Assembly (NCBI GenBank): GCA_001724265.1
Contig: MEDY01000237.1
Location: forward strand, 1-64,000
Direction: 5' to 3'
Length of the DNA: 64,000 bases
Source: Rhizaria sp. SCN 62-66
Lineage: Eukaryota
The notes under the pieces were generated by a model. The model was not told the origin of the DNA. It saw nothing but the letters and a program-made list of their open reading frames with translations, and made no database searches. Below are positions 12,501 through 25,411 of this stretch, piece after piece (the stretch's first letter is position 1; the number at the start of each line of letters is the position of its first letter). Made by a program: the position numbers and the translations under genes.

Positions 12501-15500
12501 GACCGGCTGCAGGGCAGCGCCGTGGTGCACACGACCGCGAGCGACGCTGGCGAGGCCGCGGCCGAGGCCGTCGCCACGGCTCTGGCGCGCGCGGGTGGCG
12601 GTGGCATCGTGACGAGCGTGACCGCGGCCGAGGCGGAGGACCTGGCCCGTCGCTGGTCGGCGCCTGCCGGTGGCCGCAGCGGCATCGTGCGCACGCGCGG
12701 CGCCAACGGCGAGGTTATTCTCGAGGATTCTGCGTTCAGTGGGGTCGATGCTGCGGCGCGCGCTGCGGCGTCGGCCTCCGCCGCGGCCACTGGGGGCCGG
12801 AGCTACGAGGTCAAATACGTCATTCCCAACAGGTTCTCGAACCCGCAGGAGATGCTTCTGAACAAGAGTCTGCTGCGCACCTTGGCACTGTACCGCGACG
12901 CTCACGGGCACTCGCCGCGCGAGGTCGTAGACCTGCTCGAGAAGCTGCTCTGCGGCAACAGCAACACGCTGAACCCGCTCGACGACACCTATTGGCGCGC
13001 GGGCCTCATCGAGTCGCTCGGCCTGCTCGCGCTCGACAAGGCCGAGGCCCGCGCGGCCCCGGCGGACTCTGCGGCGCCGCGTGTGTTTAACCTGCTGCAT
13101 AGCGCGCTGGAGCGCGACCGCATCCTGGGCTCGCACGACCAGGCCGTCACCGCCGCCGCGTTGCAGGCGCTCGCGGCGCAGCGACTGCGGCTGCCCGGCG
13201 TCGACCAGCGCCCGCTGATGGCCGCGCACTACACTCTGCCATCGCACTCGCGCCGTGTGCGTCTGGCCGCGATGCAGGTGCTCGTCGCGGAGTGGCTCTC
13301 GCTCGCGAACCGGGAGTTCCTCCTCACGCTGCCCCCGCCGCAGCTCAAGGCGTACGCGGAGCGGTCCGCCGAGGCGCTCAAGGGCGGGCCCCCGCTCGCG
13401 GGCGGCGCTGGCAGTCGCAAGAGGGCGCAGCTTGCTGCCGCCGCCGCTGCCTCCGCCGCCAACGCGGGTGCGGGCGCCGCTGCTGAGCCGGCGGAGGCGG
13501 CGACGAAAGACCCCGCGTACCGCGCGCCCACCGACGACGAGGTGTTTGGCATGTTCTGCCCACATTATCATCGCGGGGCGCTCGCCGTCGCGCGCAGGCC
13601 GCTGCGCAGCACGGCCGCAGCGGCGCAGCCCGTGAGCACGGCGGCCGGCGTCGTCGTGCCGCCCGCTGCGATCGCGCTGGCGGCGCGGCTCAATGCCGCG
13701 GCGTGCGTGCAGCGCGGCTACGTGGGCCACATCTCTAGCCATAACTTTGGCAGTGGTGGCGGTAGCACTGGGAGTGCGACCGTTTCCGTCGTGGACAGTG
13801 ATGAAGACGAAGACGAGTACGACGACGACGATGACGGCGGCTTTGACGACGCCGACGACTACCTCGGCGCTGGTGGCAGGCACGGCGGCCGCGGCGCGCT
13901 CCGTGTCAGCGGCGAGTACTGGGCCGCCACTCTGCCCTGCGGCCCCCTGCCTCCCTCGCCCGCGCTCGCGCTCGCTGCCGTTACCGCCGCAGCGACGCTC
14001 CGCAACAACAACAAGAACAAGCTCAAAACCATCAGCAACGCGACGGCCGGCATGCGTTCTGTCGCGATCGGCGGGTGTGGTTGGGGTCCGCTGTCGACTC
14101 TCGCTTCGACATCATCGTTTGAGCCTGAGTTCAGCCGCACTAACTGGTCGAACGTCGCGCTGTCTGGGCTGCTCCGCGTCCTCTCGCGGGAGTCGGATCC
14201 AGGCGTGCGCGCGCAGATGGCGCAGGTGTGGGCCGGCATGGTTGCCAGTCTGCAGGCCACGAGGCCCGCCGTGCTCGAGTGCCTGCGCTATGGCCCGCCG
14301 TCGATGCTGTCGCTGATCACGCACTCCGTCTCCACAGGCGCGTCCAACGTGGTGCTCCTGGCCGAGGCCCGGCGCGGCCTGTGCAACGTGCTACCCTTGT
14401 TCCTTACGCTCGTCGCCACGCAGCTGCACGTCGTCACGCTGCTGCTGGAGAACCTGCGCGCGACCGTCTACGTCGCGCACGGCATCGTGGAGCCGACGGA
14501 GGCGCGGAAGCTGTTTCCGTTCATCGAGCGCGCGGAGACGGCGACGCCCGTGCTGGCGCAGTACGGCGGGCTGCAGAAGGCCATGCTAAACTTTGTGTGG
14601 AGCGTGGACATCGCCGAGTCACAGCTGGCGCTGCTCTTTGCGGCCTCGCACTCGCCCAACACCAGCGGCACCACGGGCGGCAGTGCCAGTGTTGGTGCTG
14701 GTGCTGCGACGATGGCTGCGACTGCCGCCGCCGCCGCTGTCGGTGACTCTGGTGTCTCTCTGCTTATCTGCGTGATTGAGCTGCTCAAGAGGCTTGAGGA
14801 TGACCACGGCAAGGAGTACGAGCGCGTGCGCAACGGCTTCGAGGCTCAGAAGTCCAAGTCTGACCGCATTCCTAAGCACCTGCCCTTCCACTGCTACATC
14901 TTCATCAACATCATCAAGGACAAGGACTGCAACAACACAAACAGTGCTAGTAGAGCGAATGCTAGAGCGGGCACTCCTGCTGCTGCATCTGGTGCGAGCA
15001 CGACCAGCCCGAGCGATGCTGCTTCGATGCTGCAGCGCATGCTGCCGACTCCCACGGCCAACGTCAACCTGTTCTTCGAGCCCTTCAGCTCGGCGAGACT
15101 GGTTGCCCACATGAGAACGGCCGCTGCTGCGCGCGCGGGAGCTAGCGCGGCTGCCAATCCCCACGCTGTCCCTCCAGCTTCAGCTACTGCTGCCGCTGCT
15201 GCTGCTGCCGTCGCCGCTGCTGCTGCCCCTGCTTCTGTGGCTGGTGTTGGCGTTGCCATGACCGACAATGCCGCCCCTGCGACTGCTGCTGCAGCTGTAC
15301 CGTGGCCCCGCAGCATTACGATCATGTCCGCGCGCGCGCGCACTCTGCTCAACGCCCGCAAGGACCCTCTGTTCAAGTCGGCTGCCGATGCCGCCGCCGC
15401 TGCCGCCGCTGCCGTTGCCGCTCCCGCTTCTGGTGGTGCGCCCGTGGCCGTGGCCGTGGGCCCCTTCGGCAGAATTATTTCTCCGGCCGCGTCCGCGACC

Positions 15501-16736
15501 AGCGGCGGCGCGGGCAGCGGCGACGCGGGCTGCGTGCCGCACCTGGGGCTGCTGTGGCAGTCTGCGATGTGGCCGGCCATCGCGCGCAACCAGTTCTGCA
15601 TGCACACGCTGTGGGGCGCGGTCGGCGGCGCGGTGGCCGACGCCGCGCTGGACCTGGCGTACCCCGCGGCGGCACTACTGCACGTCGACCGCAACGGCAA
15701 TGGGCACGGCAACGGGGGCACGGGCGCGAATGTCCGCGGTCGCGGCGGTAAGGGCGCTGCCGATGACGAGAGTGATGATGACGACGACGGAGACAGTGAC
15801 TGTGGGGCTGGGCGGCTTGACTTCGGTATCCCCGTCCGTCCTCCCGGCGCTCCTGGCTCCACCGCTGCATCATCATCTGCTTCTGCGAGTACTAGTGTGA
15901 GCGCGAGCGCAACGGCTGCGAGTGCAGCCGCGATCGCCGTCAGCGGCAGCGTGACCGACCGTGAGCACGGCAACGCGTTCCCGTACCCGCGCACCGACGC
16001 GCGGTTGCGCCACACGCTAACGAGGCTCTACACGACGCTCTACGGCCATAGCCGCCCCGCCGTGGCACCGCCGCCGCTGGTGTCGGCGCGCCACAGGGGC
16101 ATCTTCTCGCGTGTGACCCGCGCGATCACGCGGCGCCGCGAAAAGGCGCTGGCTCGAGACGCAGCCGCGCTCGCCAGCAACTTCGCGACCGGACACAGCA
16201 ACACGACTCCTAGTGCGAATGCGGTTGATGGTGTGGCTGCTGCGCCGGTGAGCAGCAAGGTCGAGGTGCCGGTGTGGTTGCTCGAGTGCGTGCCGTTCAC
16301 TGACTTTATCGGTGTCGGCGCCGAGCTTTCGCTTGGGTGGAGCGAGCAAAACGATTTGCAGGTACGTTGTATCATCAATACCCGAATTGATATAAGATTC
16401 TTTTTTATGTGTAGTCTCAGTAACAATCTTCCTTTATTCTATGACATCGTCTCACATAACTCTCTTTGTCTCTCATGTGCTCAACTCTCCCACTTTCCCC
16501 TTACCCCCTCCCTTCCCTCTTATTCGTGCACACAGGGCAAGGCTGTGGCAAATGCAATCCTTCGCTCGGGCGACATCCTTCGAGCACGTCATCATGATCT
16601 TACGTTTGAGGAGTTCTTGGCGCGCAAGAAAGAGCACAGGGGCCCGGGTGCGAAGAAGTCGACGGTGAAGCTGGCTTTCGACAGCCGGTCCGGTGAGGAC
16701 CCGCATGGCGAGTGGATCTTGGGCGTTCACGGGTAA
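6574..16736 (+). CDS. TAF2: TFIID subunit 2 (TAF2, M1-aminopeptidase-like fold), about 3125 aa; exons 6574-9804, 9938-10620, 10776-10962, 11128-11675, 11834-16361, 16536-16736
   Basis: TAF2-like blocks occur in order: HQRISLDVD…GVTEITI, QWLPCV, VAATGLL, IGWALGPF, LAAALARAW…DSWLLEG, SLGHNE, FFRIDPQVSWL, QLAHDPEMLSQLHAI, FWRVRAAAAVAL, PNRFSN…SPREVVDLL…NSNTLNPLDDTYW. No HEXXH motif seen. Five GTACG…AG introns with matching phases; TAA stop. Confidence 0.85.
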
Positions 16737-17492
16737 ACAATCTGAAGACATGTATCCGCTGCTGTGCTGTTGAATATGTTGCAATCGCGGATATTTTATG
16801 TTTAATTACTGTATCTGATGGGTCATATTGGCTATGCCGCTATATATACACGCATTTGACCTTGTTTTAACAATTTTTGCATGTTGCCCCCATATGACCA
16901 ACGAGGCTCAGGAGAGGAATGCAACGAAAACCAAGCATAACGCGAACGAAACACTGATCCTAAGGCGACATGCGGATGTATATTGCTAGATGTGTGGGAG
17001 TGTATCATGTTTGCTTTATCATTCGCTTTAACTTTTGCCTGGTAGTGTGAATATCCGATATTCGAACGGCACGAGGCGACGTCGGAGCTTTAACGTTGCC
17101 TCCTCAGATAAAGAGGCACAGCACTCGTTTTCTATCGTCAAGTCTGGTGCTGGCGATTGATATTCTGACCGCGAGCATGTTATTATGTTATAGTCTAATT
17201 ATATTATCACATGTCCTGAGCAAGGGTCTCATTCCACATACTGTTCAAACCCAACGGACCTGCTTATGCATGCCTGCGCACAAACGAGTGTATACCACTC
17301 GCAAACAACAATCCGAATCTCTAAGCATGGACGCAACGGATGCAAACCCTCACATTAACAACATTTATTTGATGTTTTTTTAAAACTCTCTTTTATTCCT
17401 GCTCCATAGAACCCTTCGACCTCACCTTCGCCAACGAAACAACTACCAGTCGTTTGCTCGCCAAAGCCAGTCCACTCCCACCCCCGCGTCTC

Positions 17493-20400
17493 ATGTCTTC
17501 TCCCGCGCGCTCCCCGTCGTTCCCCTCGGCGGCGGCCGCAGTCGCCCCCCTTGCCGTGCCAGCCACGAGCTTCACCCTCCCGACCAACGGCATCACCTTC
17601 ACTGCGGCCCACCTCAAGACCCTCCTCGCGCTCGCCGACACATTCCTGTCCCCGATGCCGTCCGCCGAGGCCCGCGCCGCCGCGCGCCGCTTCGGCTCTT
17701 CCCCGGCTCACGCACGCGATGTGCTGCAGTTCTGCGCTATGTCCGGCGCCGAGACCGACGCCGTCCCCAAGCTCGTCGCCGCGCTTAACGACCCGACTAA
17801 GTTCCCCCGCTACCTCGCCGACCAGCTCGCTCTCGGCGTGCAGCTACTCTCGACGACCTGGGGCACCTTTCTGCTCACGGGCTACACCTCGGCCTTTGCG
17901 GCGCTCTCCCGCGCCGACCGCGCCGCCGCCGTGTCCGGGATGCTGACGTCAGCCCTCGAGCTGCGCCGCTCGCTCGCGCACGGGCTGCGCTGCCTCGTCT
18001 GCATCATCGCCGTGTCCTCGGTCACGCCGCCCGACTCTGTGGCGCCTAAGGGCATCTCCCCGCCGCGCACACGCCTGCACCCGGCCGTCAACGGGGCCTC
18101 GCTCGCGTTTGCGCCCTTCGGCCACAGCAACAGCACCGGCAACGCCAGCGCCGGCGCTAGCTCGTCTGCGCTGGCGCCCGCGCTGGTCCCGCTGCCCGGC
18201 ACGCGCACCAACGCCGCGTACGCCGCCATGGGCTACCCTGGTCCCGACCCCGCCGCGCCCCTTGCCATGCCCGTTGTCCACGCTCACGGCCACACGGCAG
18301 ACGACAGCGCGGGTACCGAAGTGACCGTGGGGACCACGCGTACCTTCGTGCACGCGCCCCTGGTCCTGCCCCCGCCGCCCTCAACCCCCGCAGCCGCCTT
18401 TATCGGCGCCGCGCTGGCCGCCGCGCGGTCTGGCCAGTCGCGCGCGCCCCCGCTGGCTGCGCTGGCATCGTCGTTCGCTGCCGAGCTGGCGCGCTGCGCC
18501 GGCGTGCCCAAGCAGTTCTGCCCGCGCGTGACCGTGACGCCAGCGGCCTTCGCGCTGCTGCGGGCGCACGCCGCCGCGCTTGCGGCCGAGAACCTGCACA
18601 GCCTCGCCAGCGGCGGGCAGCCCAAGACGGCCGTGTTTGAGTCCGCATTCGGACCCGGCAACGTGGACGCCGGCACCGGGCTGATGCTGCCGCCGCACGT
18701 CAGTCTGCCGACCGACGCCGCGCTCCCCACGGTCACTCTGTCTGCCGACGCCGTTGTCATCGGCTCCGGCGCTGGCGGCGGCGTGGTGGCCGCGACGCTG
18801 GCCCGCGCCGGGCGCCGCGTGCTGATCCTGGAGAAAGGGCAGTACTTCGCGCCGCACGAGCTCACTGGGCTCGAGGAGGAGTCGATGCAGGCGCTCTACG
18901 AGGGCAAGTCGCTGCTCACCACGGACGACGGCGGCATCGCGCTGCTCGCGGGCGCCACGGTCGGCGGCGGCACCACGATCAACTGGGCGTGCTCGCTGGA
19001 CTTGCCACACTACGTCCGCCACGAGTGGGCCCGCTCGCACGCACTGCCCTTCGTCGCCTCCCCCGTCTTCTCGCGCGCGCTGGCCGCCGTGTCGGCGCGG
19101 GTCGGCGTCCACGCCGGCGACAGCGTGGCAGCCAACCACAACGGGCCCAACACCCTGCTCCTGCGCGGCGCCAAGGCTCTGGGCCACCCGGCGTCGGTGC
19201 TGCCGCAGAACACCGCCTGCGGCCACGGCGGCGGGCACGGCGGGAAGCACCATGACTGCGGGTGGTGCTCCATGGGCTGCCGCACCGGCGCGAAGCAGGG
19301 CACGCAGGCCACGTATCTCAAGGACGCAGTGCAGAGCGGGGCGCGCATCATTACCGGCTGCTACGTCGAGAAAATTCTCATCAATAACACTGACTCCGAC
19401 GCCAACACCACCTCTAGCTCGACAGCGAGCGCGAAGTCCAAGATTGAAAGCGGCAAGGTGACTGCGAGTGCGAGTATGAGCGACGCCGAGGCCGCAGTGA
19501 CTGTGAACGTCTACGGCCCCGCGACTGAGACCGGCGGCTATACTACCAGTGGCTCTGACGCGGCCTCGCTTCTCGCCGCCGTCGCCGCGCTCGACAGCAA
19601 GACGAACGCCATCAACGCGCGGAAGGCGAGCAGCAGCAGCAGCAATTCTTACAGTGCACCGCCTGCGCAGCAGTCGACCATGGAGCCGCCGCCCGCGCGC
19701 CGCGTCACGGTCTCCGGCGTCAGCGCCGTGGTGACATCCCCGCACGGCCGGTTGCGACTGCTGGTGTCGGCGCCCGTCGTGGTGAGCGCCGCGGGCGCGC
19801 TCCACTCGCCGCTGCTGCTGCGCCGGTCGGGGGTGCGCAACCCGCACTTGGGCACAAACCTCCGGTACGTTTTCAGTGCTACACGTATCATAACTTAGCA
19901 CATCATGATAATATTCGCTTCTTTATAATGATTCGCTCTGTTTTGAGTCTCAAAATGCTCATGTTGTTTCTTGTCTTTTTTGTGTGTGTAAAATGCTTGT
20001 GTAAAATGCTATTATCCAAGGCTGCACCCTGTCGTTGGCGCCTGCGGCTTCTTCGACCGTGGCATCGAGATTGACGAGCAGGCGCTGAAGATGGCTCAGC
20101 AGACTCTCGCCGCCAACGCTGCCGAAACTGACGCTGCTGCCACCGACTCCGCTGCGCCTGCGCCTGTGGCTGCTAACCCCGACGCTGGTGTATCTGGCGA
20201 GGGCACTGCTGCCGGCGCGAGCGAGGCCGCTGTGTTCGAGGACGGTATGCTACGCAGCACCGTGGTCACGCGCGAAGTGGACTGCTTCCGCGGCGCTATC
20301 ATGACCTCGATCGACTCCATCGTCGAGAACGGCGAGGGTGACGGCTACGGCGCGCGCCTTGAGACGCCCTCGTTGCATCCCGGGCTGGCCGCATTCGCGT

Positions 20401-21186
20401 GCAACTGGCGCAACTCGGGCGACTTCAAGCGCAATCTACTTAGTTTCCGCCGTCTCTGCCCGATCATCATCCTCGCCCGCGACAAACAAGCGTACGTCAC
20501 AATCAATCATGAACAAATAGTTGTAGCTGTATTTGTGACTTATTTACTTGGTGTACTCATTTCAGATTTCTCTCGTCTCTTTTCTTGTCTTGTCATGGTC
20601 CAGTGGCACGGTGACTCAGGGCCCCCACGGCCACCCGCGAGTGACCTACACCGTTTCCCCGCGCGACCAGCGCTCTCTGACGCAGGGCCTGATCCAGGCC
20701 TTCCACGTGCTCGCCGCGGCGGGCGCGACGCGCCTGGTGCCACCGCAGTTCGCGCTCGACGCCGTGGACATCGACCCCGCGCTGGGGCCGCGCGACCCGC
20801 GCTTCGCGGCGCTCATCCGCGGCATCGAGCGCGAGGGCGTCAAACAGTCGCGTTCGGGGCTCTTCTCCGCGCACCAGATGGGCACGTGCCGCATGCACGG
20901 CGTCAAGCGCGAGGGTGTGGTGCGCCCCACGGGCGAGAGCTGGGACGTGGGCAACCTCTTTGTCGCCGACGCGTCGGTCTTCCCCACGTCTTCGGGTGTG
21001 AACCCCATGCTCACTGTCCTCGCCATGGCGCAGTGCATCGCGGCTCACGTGGATAAGCGCTGCGAGCAGCTCAAGAAGTGGGGCACGCAGGCGCAGTCAT
21101 ACGCTTTCGCGCAGTCGCACGCGCAGGCGCTGGCGCTGCAGCAGGGCGCCGGCAAGGAAGCTGTGGTGCTTAAGGCAAAGCTCTGA
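17493..21186 (+). CDS. FAO: Long-chain fatty alcohol oxidase (GMC oxidoreductase) with PTS1, about 1141 aa; exons 17493-19864, 20021-20491, 20604-21186
   Basis: FAD-binding motif DAVVIGSGAGGGV…LILEKG, plus LAGATVGGGTTINW, CGWCSMGC, GALHSPLLL…NLRLHPV (across an intron), SAHQMGTCRM and NLFVADASVFPTSSGVNPMLT. C-terminal AKL is a canonical PTS1. TGA stop. Confidence 0.88.
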
Positions 21187-21577
21187 GTGCCGATCGCTTA
21201 TATTTGAATTGATTTTCACAACGTATAGAACAATAGTTGAGCAGGACTCGCATGGTTATAGTTGCTCGTTGTTTCAGTGTTCGTAAGTTATTTGACAAGA
21301 TGGTGATGGTTTTATCTTGATTTGTATTATTGGTGTTTCCTGTTTCCTGCTTTAAGAATGAATAAACACGAATCAATCCTTTGCACTGGTTTTCTTTTTT
21401 CGCTTTCTCTCCTTTGATCGTGTTTCGTTTCTTGTTGTCGCATCCAAACACATCGATCGACGTATTCATACACATACACTACTACTACTGACACAAATTC
21501 CTAATATTACTACATTTACATCTCGCAATCTTCAGTCCTACAAAAATCACATTCTTGCATTGAACGGCACAGTCAGC

Positions 21578-24500
21578 TTAGTACGCCTTGGTGTCGTCGT
21601 CGGCGACGCGGGTGATGCGACTGCTGCCGCCGAACTGCTGCTCGTGCTGCTGGATGTAGTTGGTACGCAGCAGCGTATAGGGCAGCGTGCGCTCGAGCTT
21701 GGAGAATGGCAGCGCGGCACCGCACGAGCGCACGAACGTCTCGATGAAGTTGAGCACGCTGGGGTGCACGGTCTTGGTGACGGCGGCGTTGACGTTAAGC
21801 GTGCAGTACGCGGCCAGGTCCAGCACGCGCTCCAGCTCGTACGTCGCGCGCGCCAGCGGCGTCACCGACCCGGGGGCCACGACGGCCGTCGCGGAGCCCG
21901 CGCCCGCGCCCGCGCCCGCCGAGAGCGGCTGGCCGCGGGTGAGGCCGACGGGCGCGACCTCGGGCGGCAGCGAAACAGTGGCGAGCGTGATGTCACGCAG
22001 CGCGCGCGCCATGAGGTGCGCGTTGCCCGTGTGGCCGTTGTTGGCGATGGTGAATGTGCCGGCGACGAGCGCGCCCGCGGGGTTGTGCATCGAGAGGCAG
22101 AACATCTCGGGCAGCAGCGCCCAGACCTGCGCGTTCTGCACCGTCGTCTTGGTGCGGCGGATGATGTCCTTGAGCCCGACGTCGTCGAACAATGAGCGTT
22201 CGCCGCCGACGAGCTCGCTCACAGACCGCAGGTTCGACGCGCGGCCGTCCCCGCCCGTGGCGCCCACCACGGCGTACGCGGCGCTGTTGGCGGCGCGGAC
22301 CGACGTCACGACGTCGGGCATCGCCTGGCGCGCGGCCTCGGCCATGCCGGATTGGACCATGTCGCGGAACTCGAGCATGGCGCCGCACGAGATAAGCAGC
22401 GTGAGCAACTGCTCCTTCTCTTTGAGCGCGGCCTCAGTGCTCGCCCACGCGAGGGGCTCGGTGAAACGGCCGCGCACGGCGCTGAGCGCGTTGACGTTGG
22501 CAGCCAGAATGGTGAAGATGGCCTGGATCTGCGTCGAGAGCTGTGCCAGGAGCTTCTTCTGCAGCATGTCCACGCCCATGGGGCCCAGGAGCTTGCCCAG
22601 CGCGATCATCTCGGTGAAGTCCGTGTACTCGGCCAGACTGCGCAGCGGCGGCACGTTCTTGTCGCGGTCCGTCGGCGGCAGCGTGATGAAGGTGCGGTAC
22701 AGCGGCGCGTGCACGACGCGGCCGGCCTCGAGGTCGGAAGACAGCACCTGGATGTACCAGTTGCAGATGGTGACAATGCACGGGTCCGTGATCTCAGTGC
22801 CCGCGATAGTCAGTCTGTCGCCGAAGGCGGCCTCGCCGGTGAGCTCGCCGCCTGTCTTGGGGTGAAGCCCGGTGAACTCGCTCATGAGCACGTGGCGCGC
22901 GATGCCGACGGCGTTGAAGTTGCCGTAGCGGTCCAGGCGCTGCACCTCGAGCAGCAGGCGCGAGAGACACGACGCGATGACCGAGGGCCGCTGCACCGTG
23001 CGGGGTCCCTTGACGAACTCGGCGCCCTTAGCGGTGACTGTGGCGACGTAGGTCGCGGGCATCGCGGCGGGGCGCACGATCTTGTGGAGGATGTCGCGCA
23101 CCGAGGCCTGCAGCGACGTGATGAAGTACTCGCGCGGCGAAAACACCGCAGTGAAGACCGTCAGCACGGGCGTATGCGAGAGCGCGTAGACGACGTCCTG
23201 CAGCGCCTTGTGTTCGTTGCGCAGGCGGCGCAGCGGGTCGGGGTTGCGCGCCACGAGCGCCGACTCGAAGCCCGGCATAGGCGGCAGCGCGGCCTTGTCC
23301 TTGGCGAGCATGCGCGTGATCGCCTCGTCGGGCTCCAGCGCCAGGCCGAGCGCAATCGACATCTTGTAGTTGATGAAGAGCCACTGGCGCGTGGCTGTCT
23401 CGCAGACGAGCCGCAGCCAGTCGTCGGTGTACTTCATCGCGACGCCGCCCACGGTCGCGGCCTCCTCGGGACAGACGCGGTGCACGCCGCGCGTGCCGGC
23501 CGACAGCGCGCGCACCATGTACACGGCCGACACGGCGTCGCGGCCGCCCGCGGCAAGCGCGAGCGCCTCGCGGAGGTCTTGCTCGACCTGCGGCAGCCAC
23601 CAGCGCAGCTGCTCCAGCGACGCCTGCGCGGTCGTGTGCGCGGCCAGCTGGTCCACGAGCCGCGAGCGCGCCACGGCGGCCGTGAGCGTGCGCGTGAGCG
23701 TAAGCAGCAGCGGCGATGTCAGGTTCACGCCCGCCGTGCGGTTCAGCAGACTCGTGGTGGCGCGGTGCACGTTGAGGCGGAACGAGCCCAGGTAGTCCTC
23801 GTCGCCCGTGGAGCCTGCGGCGCCGGGCACGGCGGCGGCGGCGGCCTCGAGCAGCTGCACGGCGTCCTCGACGGTGTTGTGCACCGCGGGTGACAGTGGG
23901 TTCGCCTTGTTGAGCGCCTCGAGCGCGGTGCGGATGGCGCGTGCGTCGATACTCAGGTACCCGCGGTAATACCACTCGACCACGCCGGGGGACCGGCCTG
24001 CGGCGGCGGCGGCCGCGGCGGCCGCGGCGGCCGCGGCGGGGTCAGCGACGCTGTTGATGGTGTGCGGCGAGGTTGTGACGGCGGCGGCGGCGTGGCGCGG
24101 CAGCAGCGAGCGCAGCGAGGCCGCGGTCTTGGCGCCCAGCAGCGCGGCGGCGTCGGGGGCCTGTGCCAGCAGCATGTCCGAGACGAGGAAGATGAGGCGG
24201 TAGAGCGAGCGCGCGTGCGCGTCGAGCGTGAAGGCGAAGCGCGAGGGTGCGCGGTGCGGCTTGACGTTGCGGTGCGAGACGTACCATAGCAGCTCCTCCT
24301 TGGCGAGGCGCAGCGCGGCAAGCACCATGGGCGCCTGCGGGCCGAGCGATGCCGGGGAGACGGTGAAGAGCGAGTGCATGGCGGTGAGCTCGGAGACAAG
24401 CAGGCGGCGCATCGACAGACGGCGGTCCTGGAGCTCCTGGTAGCCGTTGGCGACGGCCTTGAGGTTGTCCGAGTACTTGGAGAGACGGAACTTGATGAGC

Positions 24501-25411
24501 TTGATCTCAAAGTTGCTGAACAGCTCCTTCATGTGCGTGCAGATGTCGAACGTCTCCTCGCGGTGGATGACGAGGGTGTGGAAGTCCGAGAGCGCGAGCA
24601 GCAGCACGTCGACCGAGCCCTCGGCCGCGAGCCCCGAGGGGCAGACGAGGTAGCCCCAAAGCACCCACTGGCGCAGCGGCCACAGCGTGAGCAGCATCGA
24701 GTGCACTTTCTCGTGCTTATTCGACAGCACGTCCTCGCTCTTGTGCAGCGGGTTGAAGTAACGCTGCATCAGGAAGTTCTTGGCTTCGTGGAACTGCAGC
24801 AGCGTGCTGTGGAGCGGGAGGAGCGCGCCGCCGACGTACTTCGCGACGTCGCCGTCGAGCAGCTGCCGCACACGGTCCACGGGCCGCGCAGAAAACTCAT
24901 CCAGGTAGCGGCCGATAATCTCGCCGCGGGGCTCCTCCATGCCCGTCAGCGTCGCGTGCGCGCGCACGAAGCACGCGAGGATGGGGCGCGCGGCCTCGTG
25001 GAAGGAGCACAGCAGTACGTTGAGCTTCGTGAACGACGACAAGAGGCCTAGGTAGAGCGCGAAGATCTCGGGGGAGATGTCCAGGGAGATGATGGCGCAG
25101 TTCTTGGCGATGTCGGTGAGCACCTGGACCGTCTTCTTGTTGAAGTCGATGACGTCGAGGAACGTCAGGAAGTAGTCCTCGTACGCGCTGCGGACTTCGG
25201 GGGAACGGCGCGTGAAAAACTCCATTGCGCGGTCGCGGGCAAACTTATCGGGAAACGCCGGGAAAGACTGGCCGATGCGGCGCGCGAACGAGTCGAACTC
25301 GGGGTCATTCCACTTGGGGATCTCGAAGCGCTTCATGTTGTAGACGCGGTTTAGCAGGCCCTCAGCGTGGTCGTGCAAAATGAGCAGGTGCTCGGTGAAC
25401 TTGGTCGACAT
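21578..25411 (-). CDS. NCKAP1: Nck-associated protein 1 (NAP1/NCKAP1/HEM), SCAR/WAVE regulatory complex subunit, about 1277 aa, no coding intron seen
   Basis: N-terminus KFTEHLLILHDHAEGLLNRVYNMK resembles NCKAP1 [24 protein letters not shown]. Also YFLTFLDVIDF, PGFES, VFSPREY, ICNWY, AEYTDFTEM.AL..LLGPMG, NNGHTGNAHLM and LE..LPY.LLR. TAA stop. Confidence 0.85.
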   Translation of the reverse strand: MSTKFTEHLLILHDHAEGLLNRVYNMKRFEIPKWNDPEFDSFARRIGQSFPAFPDKFARDRAMEFFTRRSPEVRSAYEDYFLTFLDVIDFNKKTVQVLTDIAKNCAIISLDISPEIFALYLGLLSSFTKLNVLLCSFHEAARPILACFVRAHATLTGMEEPRGEIIGRYLDEFSARPVDRVRQLLDGDVAKYVGGALLPLHSTLLQFHEAKNFLMQRYFNPLHKSEDVLSNKHEKVHSMLLTLWPLRQWVLWGYLVCPSGLAAEGSVDVLLLALSDFHTLVIHREETFDICTHMKELFSNFEIKLIKFRLSKYSDNLKAVANGYQELQDRRLSMRRLLVSELTAMHSLFTVSPASLGPQAPMVLAALRLAKEELLWYVSHRNVKPHRAPSRFAFTLDAHARSLYRLIFLVSDMLLAQAPDAAALLGAKTAASLRSLLPRHAAAAVTTSPHTINSVADPAAAAAAAAAAAAAGRSPGVVEWYYRGYLSIDARAIRTALEALNKANPLSPAVHNTVEDAVQLLEAAAAAVPGAAGSTGDEDYLGSFRLNVHRATTSLLNRTAGVNLTSPLLLTLTRTLTAAVARSRLVDQLAAHTTAQASLEQLRWWLPQVEQDLREALALAAGGRDAVSAVYMVRALSAGTRGVHRVCPEEAATVGGVAMKYTDDWLRLVCETATRQWLFINYKMSIALGLALEPDEAITRMLAKDKAALPPMPGFESALVARNPDPLRRLRNEHKALQDVVYALSHTPVLTVFTAVFSPREYFITSLQASVRDILHKIVRPAAMPATYVATVTAKGAEFVKGPRTVQRPSVIASCLSRLLLEVQRLDRYGNFNAVGIARHVLMSEFTGLHPKTGGELTGEAAFGDRLTIAGTEITDPCIVTICNWYIQVLSSDLEAGRVVHAPLYRTFITLPPTDRDKNVPPLRSLAEYTDFTEMIALGKLLGPMGVDMLQKKLLAQLSTQIQAIFTILAANVNALSAVRGRFTEPLAWASTEAALKEKEQLLTLLISCGAMLEFRDMVQSGMAEAARQAMPDVVTSVRAANSAAYAVVGATGGDGRASNLRSVSELVGGERSLFDDVGLKDIIRRTKTTVQNAQVWALLPEMFCLSMHNPAGALVAGTFTIANNGHTGNAHLMARALRDITLATVSLPPEVAPVGLTRGQPLSAGAGAGAGSATAVVAPGSVTPLARATYELERVLDLAAYCTLNVNAAVTKTVHPSVLNFIETFVRSCGAALPFSKLERTLPYTLLRTNYIQQHEQQFGGSSRITRVADDDTKAY

